From positions 1 through 58,593 of the IMG/VR virus record IMGVR_UViG_3300048833_000177: a stretch of DNA of 58,593 nucleotides; one strand, given 5' to 3'. Under the pieces are notes generated by a model. The model did not search any database. It saw nothing but the letters and a program-made list of their open reading frames with translations, and was not told the origin of the DNA. Origin of the DNA: a virus (Duplodnaviria; Caudoviricetes). Shown here one piece after another: positions 55,847-58,593 of the stretch. The number at the start of each line of letters is the position of its first letter. The first letter of the stretch is position 1. A program made the position numbers and the translations under genes.

Positions 55847-56146
55847 TTATGGCGCTAGGCGACGCGCTTTCTCGTCAGCAGTTTTGCGCCCATGGCACGG
55901 TGCGCACAATGCCTTTCCCGGCCCGAACGGGTCGCCGCCATCCTTTATCTCGATGACGTGATCGGCGTAGAGCTTCACGCCTGCGGCGCCGCAGCTCTCG
56001 CATTTCCAGCCGGCCCGCTCTTTCACAGCGTTGGCCCAATCGCGATGCGCGGCCGTCTGATAGTGCGGATCGGGCTGCTTAGGCTGGCGTGGCCAGCGTG
56101 AAGGCGCAGCGCCAAGGCGTGGCGGTAGAGCGCGCAAGCGTCCCAT
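55847..56146 (-). CDS. Packaging HNH endonuclease (HK97 gp74-like)
   Basis: CESCG...DHVIE..DGG...LCAPCHGRKT; near the terminase. Confidence 0.85.
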   Translation of the reverse strand: MGRLRALPPRLGAAPSRWPRQPKQPDPHYQTAAHRDWANAVKERAGWKCESCGAAGVKLYADHVIEIKDGGDPFGPGKALCAPCHGRKTADEKARRLAP

Positions 56147-56155
56147 GTGCGGCGG

Positions 56156-56485
56156 TTAGATGCCGTCGCCGTCTGTCATAGGCTGGCGAGGTTCGGGGCT
56201 GGCGTCGTCGGGCCACTCGCACGAAACCACAATGCGATCATGCAAGCCAATATGGCGCACGGTTCCGTCTGCGAACTCGACATGGCGCTTGATGACCATT
56301 GGCCCGCGATCAAAAGCGACCGATGCTTGGCCCATGGTGAACTCGCCGGGCAAGAGGCCAGGCGAAACGACCTCGCCAACGAGTGATGCCGAGCCGTGCA
56401 CCATGCCGCCTTTGGCAAGCGCTGGCGCTGCGACTGCGGCAACCGGCGCTAGGCCGATCATAGCGAGCAAGCTGCGACGGTTCAT
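56156..56485 (-). CDS. Small protein with a twin-arginine-like signal
   Basis: MNRRSLLAMIGLAPVAAVAAPALA. Confidence 0.55.
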   Translation of the reverse strand: MNRRSLLAMIGLAPVAAVAAPALAKGGMVHGSASLVGEVVSPGLLPGEFTMGQASVAFDRGPMVIKRHVEFADGTVRHIGLHDRIVVSCEWPDDASPEPRQPMTDGDGI

Positions 56486-56586
56486 TGTGGCGACCCCTGT
56501 ATGAGAGCCGGCGGGATGCGGCCGCATTGCCCGCCGGGTGGCCGCTGCGCCGATACGCTGGCGCAGTTGTTCGGCCTTGTGCTGAT

Positions 56587-56720
56587 CCTGAAACGCAAGA
56601 CGCCAGCCGGGTTAGGGCTGGCGTCGCGTTGGCTGGCGTCGCTGGCGCTACCTTGGCGCTGCTATCGACGTTGGCCCTATGGTCGCGAGAGAGAATCCAT
56701 TTTCAACGTAGTGTCAACAA
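56587..56720 (-). promoter_or_regulatory. Late promoter (TTGACA at 56713-56718) and leader terminator (56599-56625)
   Basis: AT-rich region with canonical -35, followed by the GACGCCAGCC/GGCTGGCGTC stem and TTGCGTTT. Confidence 0.6.
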
Positions 56721-56833
56721 TGGCGATTTGATTGTTTCTGATTTTGATCGAATGCGAGGGCGCGAATGTGAGCGTGCGGAATCGCATGCAGCGAGGCTTT
56801 CACACGCGACTTCAAGGGGATGCGGCGCATGAG

Positions 56834-56866
56834 AAAGCCCGCAGGGCGAACCTTGCGGGCTTGTTT
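56834..56866. terminator. Intrinsic terminator, possibly bidirectional
   Basis: AAGCCCGCAGG-GCGAA-CCTTGCGGGCTT with flanking A/T. Confidence 0.75.
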
Positions 56867-56891
56867 GGGTGCGGAGTGATTCGGGCTGGCG

Positions 56892-57350
56892 CTATGGCTT
56901 GCGACTGGACGCGGCTAGACGAACGCCTATCCCTTCGTTTCCATCATCGTCCAGAACCTTGACGCCGCGCGCCTCGATTGTGGCGTTGATTGCGCGCCAT
57001 GCCTTCGCGGTCGGCTTAGGCCCGCCGGGCTTCGGTTCCTCGATGCGAGATACTGTTGCCCGGCTAAGGCCGGCCAGCTCGCCGAATTGCGTCTGCGATA
57101 GGCCCATTAGCGATCTCGCTGCTGCGACTTGGCCAGGCGAGAGGATGCGGGGCGGCGCTTCGGCGCTGGCATGCTCGATCAGGGGCGCGGGTTGAGGATC
57201 GAGCGCTGCCGCGCGCTGCGACTTGGCAATGCGCGCGGCCTTCGCCGGCTTTGCCTTCTGCTTTGGCGCGACCTTCGGCGCTTCCTGCTTTTCCACCGCG
57301 CGAGATGCGAACGGATTGAGCGGCGTGGACGGGTCGGACTTGATCGCCAA
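56892..57350 (-). CDS. XRE-family HTH regulator (start uncertain)
   Basis: QVAAARSLMGLSQTQFGELAGLSRATVSRIE...GIGVRL. Confidence 0.85.
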   Translation of the reverse strand: MAIKSDPSTPLNPFASRAVEKQEAPKVAPKQKAKPAKAARIAKSQRAAALDPQPAPLIEHASAEAPPRILSPGQVAAARSLMGLSQTQFGELAGLSRATVSRIEEPKPGGPKPTAKAWRAINATIEARGVKVLDDDGNEGIGVRLAASSRKP

Positions 57351-57374
57351 AATCGGGCCTCAACATATTCTGAG

Positions 57375-57425
57375 AATTTTGCAGCAAATCACTTGACGCA
57401 TTTTGCAGCTTGCAGCATATTGCAT
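57375..57425 (+). promoter_or_regulatory. Rightward promoter (TTGACG...CATATT) with three TTGCAGC repeats
   Basis: AT-rich divergent intergenic region. Confidence 0.55.
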
Positions 57426-57496
57426 CTTATCGGGGCGAGCAAGACGCAACCCCGGAAACGGCCTCACGGTGAGGCGTCCTAGAGGGACCAGCGATC

Positions 57497-57685
57497 ATGA
57501 CCATCATCAAGCGCAACAGCATCTCGCTTTCCGCCAACGCAAGCGAGAATGGATTCCCCCTGACGGCGCGTCCGTTTCTGACGCCTGGGGCTGGCGACTT
57601 TGCGGGCCGTGTCGAGGGCCGGGATCGCCGCAAGGTTCGGCGTCTCCGCATCAGCGACAAGCGTTCCTTTCTCTCTGGCATGTGA
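57497..57685 (+). CDS. Small basic hypothetical protein
   Basis: RBS GAGGGA. Confidence 0.6.
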   Translation: MTIIKRNSISLSANASENGFPLTARPFLTPGAGDFAGRVEGRDRRKVRRLRISDKRSFLSGM

Positions 57686-57695
57686 GGGCAGGCCA

Positions 57696-57986
57696 ATGAC
57701 CGCGACCGTTCTCGACCTCGATCTCCGCCAGTCTGCGGAGGCGCATTTCTTCCGGGTCTCGCCTTGCCGGATCGAACCGGGATGCGAGCCGGACGATACC
57801 AACGTGGAGCGCTGCGCGCCCGGCGATGCCGAGTGGTTCGGGGTCTACTATGGCCGCACCGATGCGCCCGAATTGGCGCTTGCAGACTTCGACACGGAAG
57901 CTGAGGCGCTGACGTTCGCTCGCCAGACGGCCGGAAGCCGGCCCGTCTATCTCTTTGACCCGGTGAATGGGGAGCGGCTGGCATGA
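57696..57986 (+). CDS. Hypothetical protein
   Basis: RBS GAGGG; WFGVY...ADFDT. Confidence 0.65.
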   Translation: MTATVLDLDLRQSAEAHFFRVSPCRIEPGCEPDDTNVERCAPGDAEWFGVYYGRTDAPELALADFDTEAEALTFARQTAGSRPVYLFDPVNGERLA

Positions 57987-58237
57987 GCGGGGCAGACCTC
58001 ACCTATTCCCCGGCCGGGCCGTTCGTCGCGTTCTTCGCGGAAACGCCCGCTGGCGAGGCCGCATGGCGGGAACTGGCCAGCCATAGCGATGGAACGGCAA
58101 AGTTCCTTCCTGCGCAGTTGCCGGGCGTGCTGTCGCAACTCTGCGCGGCGGGATACCGAGTCGCCAAGGCAAAGCCCCGCGCGCCGCTGTCGGCTGACGA
58201 TCTCGACGCGATGCTGTCGGAACTGACGGCGCCCTAA
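57983..58237 (+). CDS. Hypothetical protein
   Basis: ATGA coupling. Confidence 0.65.
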   Translation: MSGADLTYSPAGPFVAFFAETPAGEAAWRELASHSDGTAKFLPAQLPGVLSQLCAAGYRVAKAKPRAPLSADDLDAMLSELTAP

Positions 58238-58339
58238 CCGCCTATCGCCGGACGCCACGCGCGCCCGGGCCGGATTCCCCACTCCCCTTTCAACCCGACA
58301 CGCGCGGCGATGGCTGGCGCGTGAATGAGGAAGCACGCC

Positions 58340-58593
58340 ATGAGCAAGGTTCAGATTGCGGCGGAATTGGCCGCGCTGCTACTCGACGAAAGCCACTTTT
58401 GCCAGTCGATCCCGGCATTCCGCGAAGCCTATTTCCAGCGGACCGGCGACCGCTACGCCAGCGCCCCGCCCCATGTCGCGGCACGGGATGCGCTCGCATT
58501 GCTCCGGATCGGCGCCAGCGTTTCGCGTTGGGCCGAGCGGGCATGCAACGGGATCGTTCGCTATCAGGGCAACGGCATATCGTGCGGCACTTG
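58340..58593 (+). CDS. Hypothetical protein (runs off the right edge)
   Basis: RBS GAGGA; MSKVQIAAELAALLLD...RWAERACNG, open to the end. Confidence 0.6.
   Translation, partial: MSKVQIAAELAALLLDESHFCQSIPAFREAYFQRTGDRYASAPPHVAARDALALLRIGASVSRWAERACNGIVRYQGNGISCGT

Larger units (their letters stand above)
1..58593. mobile_element. Temperate siphovirus-like phage (partial genome), probably in the non-integrated (attP) configuration
   Basis: Continuous phage modules: replication, CI/Cro, int/xis, terminase, portal, capsid, tail, lysis. No host housekeeping genes. Confidence 0.97.

Noticed and set aside
56595-56665. CRISPR or guide-RNA array from GCTGGCG repeats
   Set aside because: Repeats are 7-10 nt and irregular, with no spacers or cas genes; better explained as leader structure.

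Overview
The whole window is a temperate, HK97-fold, long non-contractile-tailed phage of a high-GC alphaproteobacterium, probably Hyphomicrobiales (inferred from gene families and promoter style). No host genes are visible. From left to right: (1) a leftward replication/early operon with truncated DnaB, an orphan amino-DNA methyltransferase, a stand-alone PolA-type 5'-3' exonuclease, a RuvC-like gene, a GapR-like gene, HTH genes and cro; (2) an immunity region with CI (HTH+S24), a lipoprotein, an HNH gene preceded by a ~450-nt structured leader, and matching GCATAA-N4-TTATGC operators at both divergent promoters; (3) a long rightward operon with a Bet-like annealase, DUF1643, a HAD nucleotidase, many small ORFs, xis and int; (4) an apparently intact attP whose core resembles a tRNA-Cys 3' end, followed by accessory ORFs including a DfrB (R67 DHFR)-like domain and a MazG-like protein; (5) a minus-strand late operon with HNHs, terminase, protease-capsid fusion, portal, neck, tail, tape measure, an inserted retropepsin, fibres and lysis genes; (6) a second divergent HTH/early-gene unit at the right edge. 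The best leads are two unrelated HNH genes that share a ~38-nt upstream hairpin motif (one inside a large structured RNA candidate), the DfrB-like domain, EF-hand motifs in the tape measure, and the aspartic protease in the tail module. All family calls come from motif recognition by eye; no database searches were run.
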